Source: Candidatus Giovannonibacteria bacterium RIFCSPHIGHO2_12_FULL_44_22
GTDB taxonomy: Bacteria > Patescibacteriota > Minisyncoccia > UBA11713 > 2-01-FULL-45-33
Direction: 5' to 3'
DNA length: 64,000 bases
NCBI GenBank assembly: GCA_001778695.1
Contig: MFHU01000003.1
Location: forward strand, 1,521-65,520
Notes under the pieces: generated by a model
The model's input: only the letters and a program-made list of their open reading frames with translations
Told to the model about the DNA's origin: nothing
Database searches by the model: none
Shown: one piece after another, positions 45,061 through 54,986 of the stretch
Numbering within the stretch: the first letter of the stretch is position 1
Layout: each line of letters starts with the position of its first letter
Position numbers and translations under genes: made by a program

Positions 45061-45876
45061 CTACGCTGCTTCAAGGTCTTCTATATAGACCTGGGCGTAA
45101 TGTATGTCGTCTAAATGCCCACCACAATTTTGGTCCTTAAGATTATTCTCTCCACAAAGGGGGCAACAACGGCGTGGAACTATTTTCCCGGACGCGCTTA
45201 GATCGGACCTGTTAGAAATCGGAAATGTATATTTTTTTCCGAATTTCCAAACAATAATGCTATGATCTACAATCTCTTTGTTTCTGAGATTCCAATGGTT
45301 TATCCCAAGAGCCCCTCCTAGGCCAAGTATGAAAGCAACAATTAACCATACCTGATCCATAAAAGACCATTCGCCAAACCTAGTCACGGTCTGTTCCTTG
45401 GCGAGCAAGGCCTCCTTTAGCTTAACGTTTTCTACGCTCAACCTATCTCTTTCGCGAGCTCTTTCAACCAGTTCTTGACGTATTCTTTGTAATTCGTTTT
45501 CTTTCTTGTCGCGATCCGCGTTGGCCGTTTTTAGGTCATTTTCAAGCGTCGCTATCCGCGCAGATCTAGCTTGGTTTTCACCTCTTTCAGCATCCGCCAT
45601 ATAAATTTGGGCGGACACATTGGCCATTCTCTCTTCCGGAGATTGGCTGCAATTTTTCGGTAGAACAATCTCTTGGCCGATTGGTAATTTTCGCGGGTTG
45701 GCCAACGTCAAATTGCTGTCAATCATTATATCCGCAATCCATCCCGGATGGCAACCGGCTTTTTTCATAACAGAACTTAATGTCTGGCCTCTGGCCAGCT
45801 TCACAACATCTTGCGCTGAAGCCATTCGCGGCTCCAGCGCTCCAAACAAAATAAACAAACCGAGTACTAATTTCAT
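45061..45876 (-). CDS. Exported LysM-like, coiled-coil, TM and Zn-finger-like protein
   Basis: Signal peptide; LARGQTLSSV...NPRKLPIGQEIVLP; heptad region; TM helix; CPLC...HLDDIH; AAAGGAGG before ATG 45876. Confidence 0.7.
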   Translation of the reverse strand: MKLVLGLFILFGALEPRMASAQDVVKLARGQTLSSVMKKAGCHPGWIADIMIDSNLTLANPRKLPIGQEIVLPKNCSQSPEERMANVSAQIYMADAERGENQARSARIATLENDLKTANADRDKKENELQRIRQELVERARERDRLSVENVKLKEALLAKEQTVTRFGEWSFMDQVWLIVAFILGLGGALGINHWNLRNKEIVDHSIIVWKFGKKYTFPISNRSDLSASGKIVPRRCCPLCGENNLKDQNCGGHLDDIHYAQVYIEDLEAA

Positions 45877-45877
45877 A

Positions 45878-47311
45878 TCACCGTCCTCCTTTGTTGGTAT
45901 TGATTCCAATGAAATGCGGTTGATCGGCCGCTTCCACTTTCCTTTGGTTACTATCATTTCCATCGGCAATTCTTTTGCCGGTGTATGCCTCTACTCTTTT
46001 TCGGACATCTTCTTTTCTATCTATAAATTCTTGGCGGGGTTTTTTCCCACACCACCTAGGAAGAATGCCCCTTTGCATTTCCAACCACTCATTCGCTAAA
46101 GATTGAGGAACTTTAAGCTGGGTCATCTTCGCGGAGCTCCTGCCATTTTCTGCGACTATGACAGGAAAAGATATTGACACCAGAGCATCCTCCGTGTCTT
46201 CAGGAAACGGTACTTTGATCACCGGTTTGAGCCGGACGATTTCCGGCGGCTTTTCTTTTTTAGCCACGCCAACAACTCCAGTTTTTTCAATTGGCTGATC
46301 AGATGGCGGTTCCTTTGCTACAACGATCATGGCAACCCATTTCTTGCGGTCCTCAACTTGTTCGCGAGTGCTTACGTGAAATTCTACATTCGGCCTTCTG
46401 TCAGGATTTATAGCCTCTTTCACTTGGCCCGTAACTTTTTCAACTTCTCCCACAGACCAATTTCCATGAAATAAAATTAGTCCGCTTTCGGCCTTTTTCA
46501 CTATCTCTGTATCCTGATATCTGTTCTGAACGAGCTCTTTTCCTATTATTTTAGGATCGCACGGGGCGTCTTTATCTTCAAAGAAAAAGCTCCCGTACTG
46601 GACGTAATGTCCAAGAGCCAGGCGCGTCGTATAATCTTTAAGATCGGAATTTATGCCGTCTCCGACCTCCAGAATTAATTCGCGGAGAAAAACCATTACC
46701 AGCTGTTCTAAACAGCTTTTATTGATTATATTCCACGCTTCGCTTACCAATACATCCCTGTTCTCGATGTTATTATTGTATATCACAATCGTCGGAACAG
46801 CGTCTCGTATCGTATTTAAAGCGTCGTTGGCCCTGTTCATCCTGCCTTCAAATGGAAAGGGCATTGTGACTATTGTCAGCATGGGGATCTCTTTATCTTT
46901 CGCCATTTGCGCCACCGCTGGAACACCGCCAGTGCCCGTTCCGCCTCCGAGTCCCGCAACAATCAAGAGCGTTTGCAGTTTGTCTAAAAAATGCGATATC
47001 TCTTCTCTATCTTCTTCGATGGCTTTGGCTCCTATTTGCGGATCGCCACCAGCGCCCAGGCCTTTCGTTAGTTCATAGCCCAATTGGCACATGTACAACC
47101 TCTCGCTATTTTCCCATCCCTCGCAGCCTTTATTCTCTTGAAACAGTTTTAAATGTCCGGCATCTGTGTTCGCGGCCAAAATGTGCACGTGAGGATGATT
47201 TTCCGGCGGGAATGAATTAATTATTAGGCCGGCGTTGTTCACGCCGCACCCGCCAATAAACGCTATTCCTAAATTAACCGGACCTGTTTTTAGTTCTTTG
47301 TTTGGCTCCAT
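45878..47311 (-). CDS. Divergent FtsZ/tubulin-family GTPase (paralog)
   Basis: GGCGVN, NTD, GLGAGGDP.IG, AGLGGGTGTG, PFPFEG and T7-like INSDLKD. Confidence 0.9.
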   Translation of the reverse strand: MEPNKELKTGPVNLGIAFIGGCGVNNAGLIINSFPPENHPHVHILAANTDAGHLKLFQENKGCEGWENSERLYMCQLGYELTKGLGAGGDPQIGAKAIEEDREEISHFLDKLQTLLIVAGLGGGTGTGGVPAVAQMAKDKEIPMLTIVTMPFPFEGRMNRANDALNTIRDAVPTIVIYNNNIENRDVLVSEAWNIINKSCLEQLVMVFLRELILEVGDGINSDLKDYTTRLALGHYVQYGSFFFEDKDAPCDPKIIGKELVQNRYQDTEIVKKAESGLILFHGNWSVGEVEKVTGQVKEAINPDRRPNVEFHVSTREQVEDRKKWVAMIVVAKEPPSDQPIEKTGVVGVAKKEKPPEIVRLKPVIKVPFPEDTEDALVSISFPVIVAENGRSSAKMTQLKVPQSLANEWLEMQRGILPRWCGKKPRQEFIDRKEDVRKRVEAYTGKRIADGNDSNQRKVEAADQPHFIGINTNKGGR

Positions 47312-47706
47312 GTCATACTACCTCCATTTTTTTGGATTTTTGTTATTTTTAACCCTACTAAGAATTTTGGGCCGTTATTGGTCGTATCTCTAATGAAGAT
47401 CGTTGCCGCATTTTTGACCTCTTCTTTTTTGATTTCTTCGGAGAGCAAAGATATTTCAAGAACGATTCGTGAAAAGCGTCTTAAAATCAGACCTTCTCTT
47501 CTCCAAATTTTTTCAACGCGGGAATGGATTTTCATCCCGTCTCTAAGTCGAGGTGAAACAGAGTTTATGAAAAGATTGTGAAGAGTTTTCGCTAAACTCT
47601 TTCCATCTTCTTCAAGCTTATCGGTACGTTCTTTTTTCCCGATATATTTGATGTATGCAATAAACCCCGCAATCAGAACCGCAAAAAACACAAAGAATTT
47701 ATTCAT
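47290..47706 (-). CDS. Hypothetical protein with N-terminal membrane anchor
   Basis: Overlaps the FtsZ-like start; first gene of a three-gene operon. Confidence 0.6.
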   Translation of the reverse strand: MNKFFVFFAVLIAGFIAYIKYIGKKERTDKLEEDGKSLAKTLHNLFINSVSPRLRDGMKIHSRVEKIWRREGLILRRFSRIVLEISLLSEEIKKEEVKNAATIFIRDTTNNGPKFLVGLKITKIQKNGGSMTWSQTKN

Positions 47707-47869
47707 TTTCCCCCCTTTTCTGTTATTCGGTTTTAGTTTGTTTATTTTCCTTTAGTTTTCAAGGTATTTGAACCTGAAACGATGCTAGCAAATAGCCGAT
47801 TTTCTGTCAATATCTGCTTTTTTATTTGAAATAAAAAATATATAATGGATATGTTAGCAGAAAATTATT

Positions 47870-48382
47870 ATGTCAAGGACAAGTTTTTACATCGGCGATC
47901 TGGTTTTAGGCGCGAACGACGGAATTATCACTTCTTTCGCCGTCATCTCTGGCGCGGCTGGAGCGGGGCTGCCAGCTTTTGTGGTTATTGTTTTGGGCTT
48001 GGCGAATTTGGTAGCCGACGGCATCTCCATGGGCCTTTCAAATTATTTATCTTTAGAGTCAATGAAAGAAGCCGAGGAAATGGTAGGTGTCAGTGAAAAA
48101 AGATTGGATCATCCTTCAAAGCATGGCTTGGCTACCGCGTTCGCGTTCAGCTCCGCCGGAATTCTCCCGCTCATTCCTTATTTTTTTAACATTTCTCCGA
48201 GTACGCAATTTTTTGTGGCGATTGCGGCAACGGCAATCTCTCTTTTTGCGGTCGGCGCTTCAAGGACAATCGTAACAGGCGCGCATTGGTTTCGCTCTGG
48301 CATGGAAATGCTTTTAGTGGGCGGGTTCGCTGCTCTGGCGGCTTACAGCGTGGGAGCGGCGGTCAAAGCATATCTCGGATGA
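47870..48382 (+). CDS. VIT1/CCC1 family Fe/Mn transporter
   Basis: GANDGIIT, GLANLVADGISMGLSNYLS and PLIPY motifs. Confidence 0.93.
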   Translation: MSRTSFYIGDLVLGANDGIITSFAVISGAAGAGLPAFVVIVLGLANLVADGISMGLSNYLSLESMKEAEEMVGVSEKRLDHPSKHGLATAFAFSSAGILPLIPYFFNISPSTQFFVAIAATAISLFAVGASRTIVTGAHWFRSGMEMLLVGGFAALAAYSVGAAVKAYLG

Positions 48383-48888
48383 ACTTCTGCGACGCCTGTT
48401 TTTTTATTTACATATCTGGCCAAAACGAAAAGCAGGCTGGAAAGGCGGTTTAAATATGCGAGCGACGCCGGACTTATTTTTTCTTTTACGGATGCCACGC
48501 GCCTTTCGGCTTTCCGCGCGAGCGCCCTTGCGTAGTCTAGGCGCGCCGAAAGAGGATTGCCTCCGGGGATTGTAAATTTAGTTATTTGTCCGACGAAGCC
48601 ACCGAATTCATCAATTGTTTTTTCCAAATTTTTAGTTTTATCTTCGGCTAATGCCATATTTTTAGCCCCTCCGAGCTCAGCTTGTATTATAAACAAATTT
48701 TCCTGCGCGTTTTCCAGCGCGCTTTTAATGTTATCTCCGTCGGCCAGCGATTTACATACCCCCAAATACGAATTTAACTCATCTAGCGCGCCCAAAGCTT
48801 CAAACCTCGGGTCGGTTTTTGGTATTCTGTCGCCTGAACCGAAAAGTGCGGTTTGTCCGTTATCTCCTTGCCCTGTATAAAATCTCAT
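48343..48888 (-). CDS. PduO-type ATP:cob(I)alamin adenosyltransferase
   Basis: [27 protein letters not shown] and [10 protein letters not shown] motifs. Confidence 0.9.
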   Translation of the reverse strand: MRFYTGQGDNGQTALFGSGDRIPKTDPRFEALGALDELNSYLGVCKSLADGDNIKSALENAQENLFIIQAELGGAKNMALAEDKTKNLEKTIDEFGGFVGQITKFTIPGGNPLSARLDYARALARKAERRVASVKEKISPASLAYLNRLSSLLFVLARYVNKKTGVAEVHPRYALTAAPTL

Positions 48889-48903
48889 ACTATTATATTC
48901 TAT

Positions 48904-50229
48904 ATGAATAAAAAATATTTTATAGCTTTAGCTATCGCCAGTTTCCTTGTGGCTAGCGCGTCTTATGCGCACGATGTGGATTTGGGCGTTGACCCGGGCA
49001 CTTTACCCACAAGCCCATTTTATTTCGTTAAAGAGTGGCGGCGCGCTATCCAGCGGGTGTTTACTTTCAACGCCATCAAAAGGGCGGATTTGGAGCTCAA
49101 TATTTTAAACGAACGGGCGGCCGAGGCGCAAAAAATAAGCGAGGACGACTCGCAAAATATTGAGGCGGTGAAAAGCGCGCTCCAAAACTATATAGAGGCG
49201 CATAACCGCTTGGCTAATAAATTGAAGGCGCTTAAAGAAACCTCTCAAAATCCAAATATGGACAAATTGCTTGATAAGCTGGTTGAAAAAACCGCGAAAC
49301 ACAAAAAACTTTTTGAAGACGTCTCTAAAGAGTTTGATGATAACGACGAAATCAAAAAGCTCACGAAGTTCGCGCAAGACAACTTGGATGAAACAGTTTC
49401 TTTGGCCTCGGAAAAGGACGAAGAAAAAAAATTCTCCGAGCGCCTAAAGAAAGACGCCGAAGAGGAGATTGATGACAAAGAAGACGCTTACGAAAAAGTC
49501 GCGGAGCAGATAAAAGAGGCGGAGGAGAAGATAAATGAGCTTGAAAAGAAAATAATAAAGAAAGCGTCATCAACGCCGGAGCTTGCTACAAACTTGGCGG
49601 CGAAGCATTTAATGTCTGCTAAAGAGCATCTAGGCGCGGCTAAAAAAGCTTTTGAAGAAAAGAAATATGGCGAGGCATTCGGTCAGGCGCGCTCGGCAGA
49701 GGTTTTGGCCAGAAACGGAATGAAAGTTTTGGAACGTGAAGAAGAAGAGGAAGAAGAAAAAGAAGAAATTAAAGACGATAAAGATGATGAAGATTTTAGC
49801 AATGTAGTTTGCACTCAAGAGTTTAAGCCGGTTTGCGGGGCGGATGGAAAAACTTATTCCAATTCTTGCCATGCTAGAGTCGCGGGAATAACTATAAAGC
49901 GCGAAGGAGAATGCGCAGTTGCGCCCAGTCCGGTTTCTAGGGACGAATTGATGAGTGTTTTTGTGGTAATTGATGAAAGCGGAAAATTTTCGCCGAGGGA
50001 AATTAAAATAAAAAAAGGCGGGAAAGTTACCTGGGTCAATAAAAGCCAGAATCGAGTTTGGCCGGCGTCCAACCCGCATCCAATTCACACTGACTACTCC
50101 GGCTTTGACGCTTTGCGCGGCTTAGCTGCCGGAGAATCATATTCATTCACCTTTGAAAAAGTTGGCTCGTGGGGTTATCACGACCATTTCAACCCCGGCA
50201 CGAGAGGCGAGGTAAAAGTTGTTGAGTAA
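48904..50229 (+). CDS. Secreted DUF5667-like helical protein with Kazal and cupredoxin-like domains
   Basis: [13 protein letters not shown]; [20 protein letters not shown]; FSP..IKIKKG..VTWVN...WGYHDH. Confidence 0.8.
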   Translation: MNKKYFIALAIASFLVASASYAHDVDLGVDPGTLPTSPFYFVKEWRRAIQRVFTFNAIKRADLELNILNERAAEAQKISEDDSQNIEAVKSALQNYIEAHNRLANKLKALKETSQNPNMDKLLDKLVEKTAKHKKLFEDVSKEFDDNDEIKKLTKFAQDNLDETVSLASEKDEEKKFSERLKKDAEEEIDDKEDAYEKVAEQIKEAEEKINELEKKIIKKASSTPELATNLAAKHLMSAKEHLGAAKKAFEEKKYGEAFGQARSAEVLARNGMKVLEREEEEEEEKEEIKDDKDDEDFSNVVCTQEFKPVCGADGKTYSNSCHARVAGITIKREGECAVAPSPVSRDELMSVFVVIDESGKFSPREIKIKKGGKVTWVNKSQNRVWPASNPHPIHTDYSGFDALRGLAAGESYSFTFEKVGSWGYHDHFNPGTRGEVKVVE

Positions 50230-50242
50230 ATAGAAATTCTTA

Positions 50243-51148
50243 ATGAATAAAAAACTTTTAGCTTTTCTGATATTTTTGGCTTTGGGGGCTTACTTGATTT
50301 ACGGCAATTTTTTCAAGAACGCTCTGCCGGCAGTACCGGTTTACACTCCTAACAAGGTTGCGGAGCAGGCCAAAGACTTGCCCAAAAAAGAAGTTGCCGC
50401 CCCGCCACCATTAAAAGCCAAGAAAGAAGCGCCGACCGCCGAGATAATTTTGACTGCCGACGGAGTTTTCTTTCGGGCAAATCAAGAAAGAAAAAAAGCC
50501 GATTTGCCAGATCTGGCGCCAAATTCTAAACTTACAGCTTCTGCCTTGGCCAAAATCCGCGATATGTTTAAAAATCAATATTTCGCGCACGAATCGCCTG
50601 CGGGCAAAGGAGTCGGCGATTTGGCGGAAACAGAAGGTTACGATTTTATTTTAATCGGCGAAAATCTCGCCTTGGGAAATTTTGAAGGGGATAATGCGTT
50701 GGTGGATGCTTGGATGGCGAGTCCCGGACACCGCGCCAATATTTTGGGGAGCCGTTATAAAGAAATTGGCATCGCGGTGGGGCGGGGAATGTTTCCCGCC
50801 GAAGGCGGGTCCGCCTTTGGCGGAGAAATTCGGGAGACCTGGCTCGCGGTCCAGCATTTCGGGCTTCCGCTTTCGACTTGCCTCAAACCCGATGAAAATT
50901 TAAAAACCGGCATTGAATCTTTTGAAGCGCAGATTAAAAAATTAGGAGTTACTGCTTCGGCCCTTAAAGCCGAACTTGAATCCGAAAAACCGCAAAACAG
51001 AAACGAATACGAGGCCTATAACACCAAAGTTGAAGAATACAACGCTCTAGCTCAACAAATGAATTCTTTAATTGACCAGGTAAAGAGCATTATTCCTGTT
51101 TATAACCAGCAAATAAAAACATTCAACCAATGCGCGGGAATAAATTAA
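50243..51148 (+). CDS. CAP (SCP) domain protein
   Basis: NQER, YFAHESP, GENLA and WMASPGHRANIL motifs. Confidence 0.92.
   Translation: MNKKLLAFLIFLALGAYLIYGNFFKNALPAVPVYTPNKVAEQAKDLPKKEVAAPPPLKAKKEAPTAEIILTADGVFFRANQERKKADLPDLAPNSKLTASALAKIRDMFKNQYFAHESPAGKGVGDLAETEGYDFILIGENLALGNFEGDNALVDAWMASPGHRANILGSRYKEIGIAVGRGMFPAEGGSAFGGEIRETWLAVQHFGLPLSTCLKPDENLKTGIESFEAQIKKLGVTASALKAELESEKPQNRNEYEAYNTKVEEYNALAQQMNSLIDQVKSIIPVYNQQIKTFNQCAGIN
50795..50824. repeat. Family-C twin 15-bp hairpin insert in the CAP gene
   Basis: CCCGCC-GAA-GGCGGG plus TCCGCC-TTT-GGCGGA; adds PAEGGSAFGG. Confidence 0.85.
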
Positions 51149-51741
51149 TTTCTACGTATTTTTTTAGCAGCTTTTTTTACTTGTGTTTTCCAGTTTTGGG
51201 AGGTGGTGTCAATTTCGGCAATAAATTTTATCGGCAATTTTTTTAGTAAAAATGTCCCGCCGTTTTTTTCAGACCATCGGTAGTGATGCGGAGTTCTTCG
51301 CCACATCTCGCGCAAAGCTACCACCGCGCCTTTATTTTTCCCCAGCCAATCGGTTGATGCGCCTCCAAATAAATCATTCGGCGTGTATTTTGCGGAAATT
51401 AGGCGACCAATCATGATATCCCGATCGGAGAAAACGCGGATGTAAAAAACTTTTATGCCGTTTGCCCGAGCCGTTTTTTCCAAACTTTTACATTTTTTGG
51501 GGTCAACAAAATCCGAATCCAAAACCACGCTTTGTTCATTTTTTAATGTTGAAGTAGCAGTTTTTTCAACAATATTTCTCACTTGCCCGAAATTTTTGCC
51601 GTGTTTTCTAAGCGCGACCCGAACAACATCTCCCTCTATTACTTTTGCGTTTATTGCTTTGGCCAATGCCTTAGCAACCGAACTTTTGCCTGAACCGACT
51701 AAACCGACTATCGCCACGACTTTAGGTTTTTTAGATTTCAT
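51145..51741 (-). CDS. P-loop kinase (AAA_33-like)
   Basis: GLVGSGKS, D.VR and VVLDS motifs. Confidence 0.85.
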   Translation of the reverse strand: MKSKKPKVVAIVGLVGSGKSSVAKALAKAINAKVIEGDVVRVALRKHGKNFGQVRNIVEKTATSTLKNEQSVVLDSDFVDPKKCKSLEKTARANGIKVFYIRVFSDRDIMIGRLISAKYTPNDLFGGASTDWLGKNKGAVVALREMWRRTPHHYRWSEKNGGTFLLKKLPIKFIAEIDTTSQNWKTQVKKAAKKIRRN

Positions 51742-51755
51742 GCTTGAATATTATC

Positions 51756-52319
51756 ATGAAACAGGTTCCGCGCGCAATGGTTTTGGGTCAAAAATTTTTT
51801 AATCGGACGGCGATTAAGGTGGCGCGGGAACTTTTGGGAAAATTTTTATGCCGCCGAGCCTCACTTAGACGTCGGACGTCTAAGTGCTATATGGTCACTG
51901 AAACCGAAGCTTATGTCGGGCCGGAAGATAAAGCTTCGCACGCGCACAGAGGAAAAACTTTGCGTAATACTCCTATGTTTGGCCCCGCCGGCCGGTGGTA
52001 TGTTTATTTTACTTACGGAATGCATTGGATGCTCAATATTGTAACCGGATCAGATGGTTATCCGGCGGCGGTTTTAATCCGTGCTCTTGGAAGTCCGACT
52101 TCCCCTGGAAGTATGACTTCCGTAGACGGCCCAGGGCGCGTTACTAAATTTTTAAAAATTGATAGGCGTTTTAACGATAAAAGGGCTGATAAAAAGATTG
52201 GATTATGGATAGAAAACCATGGAATTAAAATAAAAAAGCATAAAATTAAAAGTATGCCGCGCGTGGGCGTAGATTATGCCGGAAAATGGGCAAAAAAACC
52301 GCTTCGCTTTACTTTTTAG
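51756..52319 (+). CDS. 3-methyladenine DNA glycosylase (MPG/AAG family)
   Basis: VARELLGK, ETEAY, YVYFTYGMHWMLN, AVLIRA, GPG and PRVGV motifs. Confidence 0.93.
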   Translation: MKQVPRAMVLGQKFFNRTAIKVARELLGKFLCRRASLRRRTSKCYMVTETEAYVGPEDKASHAHRGKTLRNTPMFGPAGRWYVYFTYGMHWMLNIVTGSDGYPAAVLIRALGSPTSPGSMTSVDGPGRVTKFLKIDRRFNDKRADKKIGLWIENHGIKIKKHKIKSMPRVGVDYAGKWAKKPLRFTF

Positions 52320-52343
52320 TTGTTTCTCATCTATAATAAATAT

Positions 52344-52580
52344 ATGAAAAAAGTTTCAATTTACTCAACTCCCTGGTGCGTCTACTGCAAGATGGCCAAA
52401 AAGTTTTTTGAGGCCAATAAAATTGCTTTTGAAGAGCATGATGTTGCAACGGACGTCAAAAGCCGAGATGAGATGATAAAAAAAACCGGCCAGATGGGCG
52501 TTCCTGTGATTGATATCGACGGCGAGCTGACCATCGGCTTCGATCAGCCCAAATTAAAAGAGCTTTTGGGGTTAAAATAA
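52344..52580 (+). CDS. Glutaredoxin/NrdH-like redoxin
   Basis: CVYC and GQMGVPVI motifs. Confidence 0.93.
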   Translation: MKKVSIYSTPWCVYCKMAKKFFEANKIAFEEHDVATDVKSRDEMIKKTGQMGVPVIDIDGELTIGFDQPKLKELLGLK

Positions 52581-52586
52581 AAAAAT

Positions 52587-53639
52587 TTAGCTAAATTTCG
52601 CGCGGTCTTCCAGTTTGACGCTGAAAGACATATTTTTTCCGTGCCGCAGAACTCCGAGTTTCAGCTCGTCTCCGATCGCGCAGGTGTCCAAAACGTCTTC
52701 CAGGGTTTCTTTTTCCGTAATTTCTTTATTATTTGCGGTTAAAATTATGTCGTGCTCTTTTAAGCCCGCTTCATAGGCTGCGCTCCCTGGCAAAACGGCG
52801 TGATCTCCCGGGAGCTCTTCCCGCACAATGAGGGCGCCCCGCTCCACCGGAATTTTAAAATGCCGGCCGATATTTTTATTCAATAAAACATATCTTATTC
52901 CCAAAAATGGCGCCCGGATGTGCCCGTATTTTTTAATTTCATCCAGATCTTTTTTCGCGCGGTCAATCGGTATGGCGAATCCAATATTTTGCGCGCCGTA
53001 GACCACGGCCGCGTTGATGCCGATGGCGTTTCCTTCCAAATTTATCAATGGTCCGCCGGAGTTTCCGGGGTTTATCGCGGCGTCGGTTTGGATGAGTCCC
53101 CGCAACCTTTGCTGGTGACCTTCAATATCAGTAATGGCGGAAAGAAGCCGCGAAAGGCCAGAAACGATGCCGGTGGAAACCGTGTTTTGAAATTCTCCCA
53201 AAGCGTTGCCGATGGCGATGACGGTTCTGCCTAATTTTATATTTTTGGAAGTTCCCAAAGAAATTACGGTGAGATCTTTAGGCGGGTTCACGATTTTTAA
53301 TATGGCGATATCTGCCAAGGGGTCTGCTCCCACAATTTCCACGTCATATTTATCTTCTCCGATGACGGCTTTATAATGAGCTTCTTTATCTTGAATAACA
53401 TGTTTATTGGTAAGAATGATCCCGGATGAGTCCACAATAAACCCCGAACCGCCAGATACCGAAACATTGCCTTTTTTATCGGCTTCGCCGAAAAGTTTTT
53501 CTTCAAACATCTTCAGGTCCATGCCTATTTTCATTAAATCTTTTTCAACCAGTTCAACATTTTTGGAGGCGGCGATGCTTACCACTCCGGGAAGAACGCG
53601 CTCTATTATTTTTATAATTTTTTCTTCGTGTTCGGTCAT
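52587..53639 (-). CDS. HtrA/DegP-like serine protease with PDZ domain
   Basis: GSGF, TNKHV, DIA, QTDAAINPGNSGGPL; C-terminal PDZ. Confidence 0.94.
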   Translation of the reverse strand: MTEHEEKIIKIIERVLPGVVSIAASKNVELVEKDLMKIGMDLKMFEEKLFGEADKKGNVSVSGGSGFIVDSSGIILTNKHVIQDKEAHYKAVIGEDKYDVEIVGADPLADIAILKIVNPPKDLTVISLGTSKNIKLGRTVIAIGNALGEFQNTVSTGIVSGLSRLLSAITDIEGHQQRLRGLIQTDAAINPGNSGGPLINLEGNAIGINAAVVYGAQNIGFAIPIDRAKKDLDEIKKYGHIRAPFLGIRYVLLNKNIGRHFKIPVERGALIVREELPGDHAVLPGSAAYEAGLKEHDIILTANNKEITEKETLEDVLDTCAIGDELKLGVLRHGKNMSFSVKLEDRAKFS

Positions 53640-53681
53640 CTTCTTCAATATAACAAAAATTTATGCTATAAGGAAACTATT

Positions 53682-53753
53682 GCCCCCATAGTTCAAGGGA
53701 TAGAACGAGGGACTCCTAAGCCCTAGATCTCCGTTCAACTCGGGGTGGGGGCA
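53682..53753 (+). tRNA. tRNA-Arg(CCT)
   Basis: GCCCCCA...TGGGGGC-A; anticodon loop CTCCTAA. Confidence 0.9.
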
Positions 53754-53796
53754 CAATTTGACAGCATAGTTTGATAAAGATATGCTTTAAAATATT

Positions 53797-53970
53797 ATGG
53801 TCAAGAAAAAATTTAATGCGGTTTATGAATTAAACAAAGCGATAAAAAACGGTTTCGATGTTGCTAGAAAATCAGATACCGATAAGCTAATTGGACGCCG
53901 CGAATTTAAAAACGCCTTGGCGCGCATTTCTCTTTTGGAGAAAAAGGTTGGCGTAAAAAGCGGGAAATAA
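53797..53970 (+). CDS. Small basic hypothetical protein (57 aa)
   Basis: Hand-read ORF MVKKKFNAVYEL...LLEKKVGVKSGK with a TTGACA promoter upstream. Confidence 0.45.
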   Translation: MVKKKFNAVYELNKAIKNGFDVARKSDTDKLIGRREFKNALARISLLEKKVGVKSGK

Positions 53971-54156
53971 AACCATATTTTAGGAGAAAAAAGAAAAGAA
54001 AATTTTTTCATAATGATTTTGGAACAGAAACTCGAAAAGGGTTTCTTTATTGTTTTGGTTGATTTTTCTTGGCATCTTTGTTAATGTAGTTTTAGTAATC
54101 AGCTGGATAATCTGACTGTGATCGTACATTCCCAACCGAAAAGGAGGTGAACGGAA

Positions 54157-54558
54157 ATGAAAAATGGTATCAAACTTCTCTTGGAGCCTGGGACTGGGGT
54201 GCGAGACTGGGTCAGGTATCAAACACTAAATGTCGAGATTGGCCGAGAACGGCTCAATGGAAGAAGTGTCAGTTTTGTTAAGATTCGCAATGGGGAAGCA
54301 CAGTTCTTTCCCAGTGGTGGTGTCGAGGTGAAGATGCCCGGCGCTGATGAGTTCCGGGTCGCGTTTCAACCACGGAAGGTTCTGGAGATTCGCGACCTAA
54401 AAGGGAGCCTCATCGAGCGTAACCACTATCTCTGCACCGAGTGCGCTACTCTCACCGGCAAAATGGAAAACTACGAGCCGAGTACCGTCGTCGCTGGTCG
54501 TGTGAATGCAAACTTCAAGTGCACCAAGTGCGGACATCAATGGGAGAAGAGGGTATGA
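54157..54558 (+). CDS. Hypothetical protein with C-terminal zinc ribbon
   Basis: AAGGAGGTGA SD; CTEC...CTKCGHQW. Confidence 0.75.
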   Translation: MKNGIKLLLEPGTGVRDWVRYQTLNVEIGRERLNGRSVSFVKIRNGEAQFFPSGGVEVKMPGADEFRVAFQPRKVLEIRDLKGSLIERNHYLCTECATLTGKMENYEPSTVVAGRVNANFKCTKCGHQWEKRV

Positions 54559-54585
54559 CATCTTCCTTCTGTGCTCCCGATCCAA

Positions 54586-54625
54586 GGGGCCGTGCGCGAA
54601 TTCTTGCGCCGGCTCTTTTTCTTTT
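54586..54625 (+). terminator. Intrinsic terminator
   Basis: GGGGCCG.GCGC...GCGCCGGCTC followed by TTTTTCTTTT. Confidence 0.6.
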
Positions 54626-54732
54626 CAAAGAATTTGCCGCCAAACCCACCAAAAGTTTCGTATTTAGGCGGGCAGAGAAAAACTTGAAATTGGCAACTGG
54701 AAATTTTGGCCGATAGATGCTAGTATAAAAAC

Positions 54733-54978
54733 ATGAATAATTGGTTTTATGGTTCATATGGCCATTGGGCCAGCCCCTTTTGGGGAGGATTTGGCGTGGG
54801 ATTTTTGGCGCCGATTTTATTGGTTTTGATTCTGTGGAGTTTCTATTGGAAAACCAGAGCCTTGTGGCGCGCCGCCAAAAACGGGGACAAAGCTTGGTTT
54901 GTCGTTTTGATTTTGGTCCAATCCCTCGGTCTTCTGGACATTCTCTACCTCTACGTTTTCGGCAAAAAATCGGAGTAA
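54733..54978 (+). CDS. DUF5652-like small membrane protein
   Basis: WSFYWKTRALWRAAKNGDKAWFV...LGLLDILYLY. Confidence 0.85.
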   Translation: MNNWFYGSYGHWASPFWGGFGVGFLAPILLVLILWSFYWKTRALWRAAKNGDKAWFVVLILVQSLGLLDILYLYVFGKKSE

Positions 54979-54986
54979 GGGGCCTA

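Noticed and set aside
48343-48888. PduO as evidence of cobalamin metabolism
   Set aside because: Stand-alone PduO/YvqK homologs are widespread, and no other B12 genes are in the window.
49735-49795. GAA-rich low-complexity run as a DNA repeat
   Set aside because: It simply encodes a poly-Glu/Asp linker.
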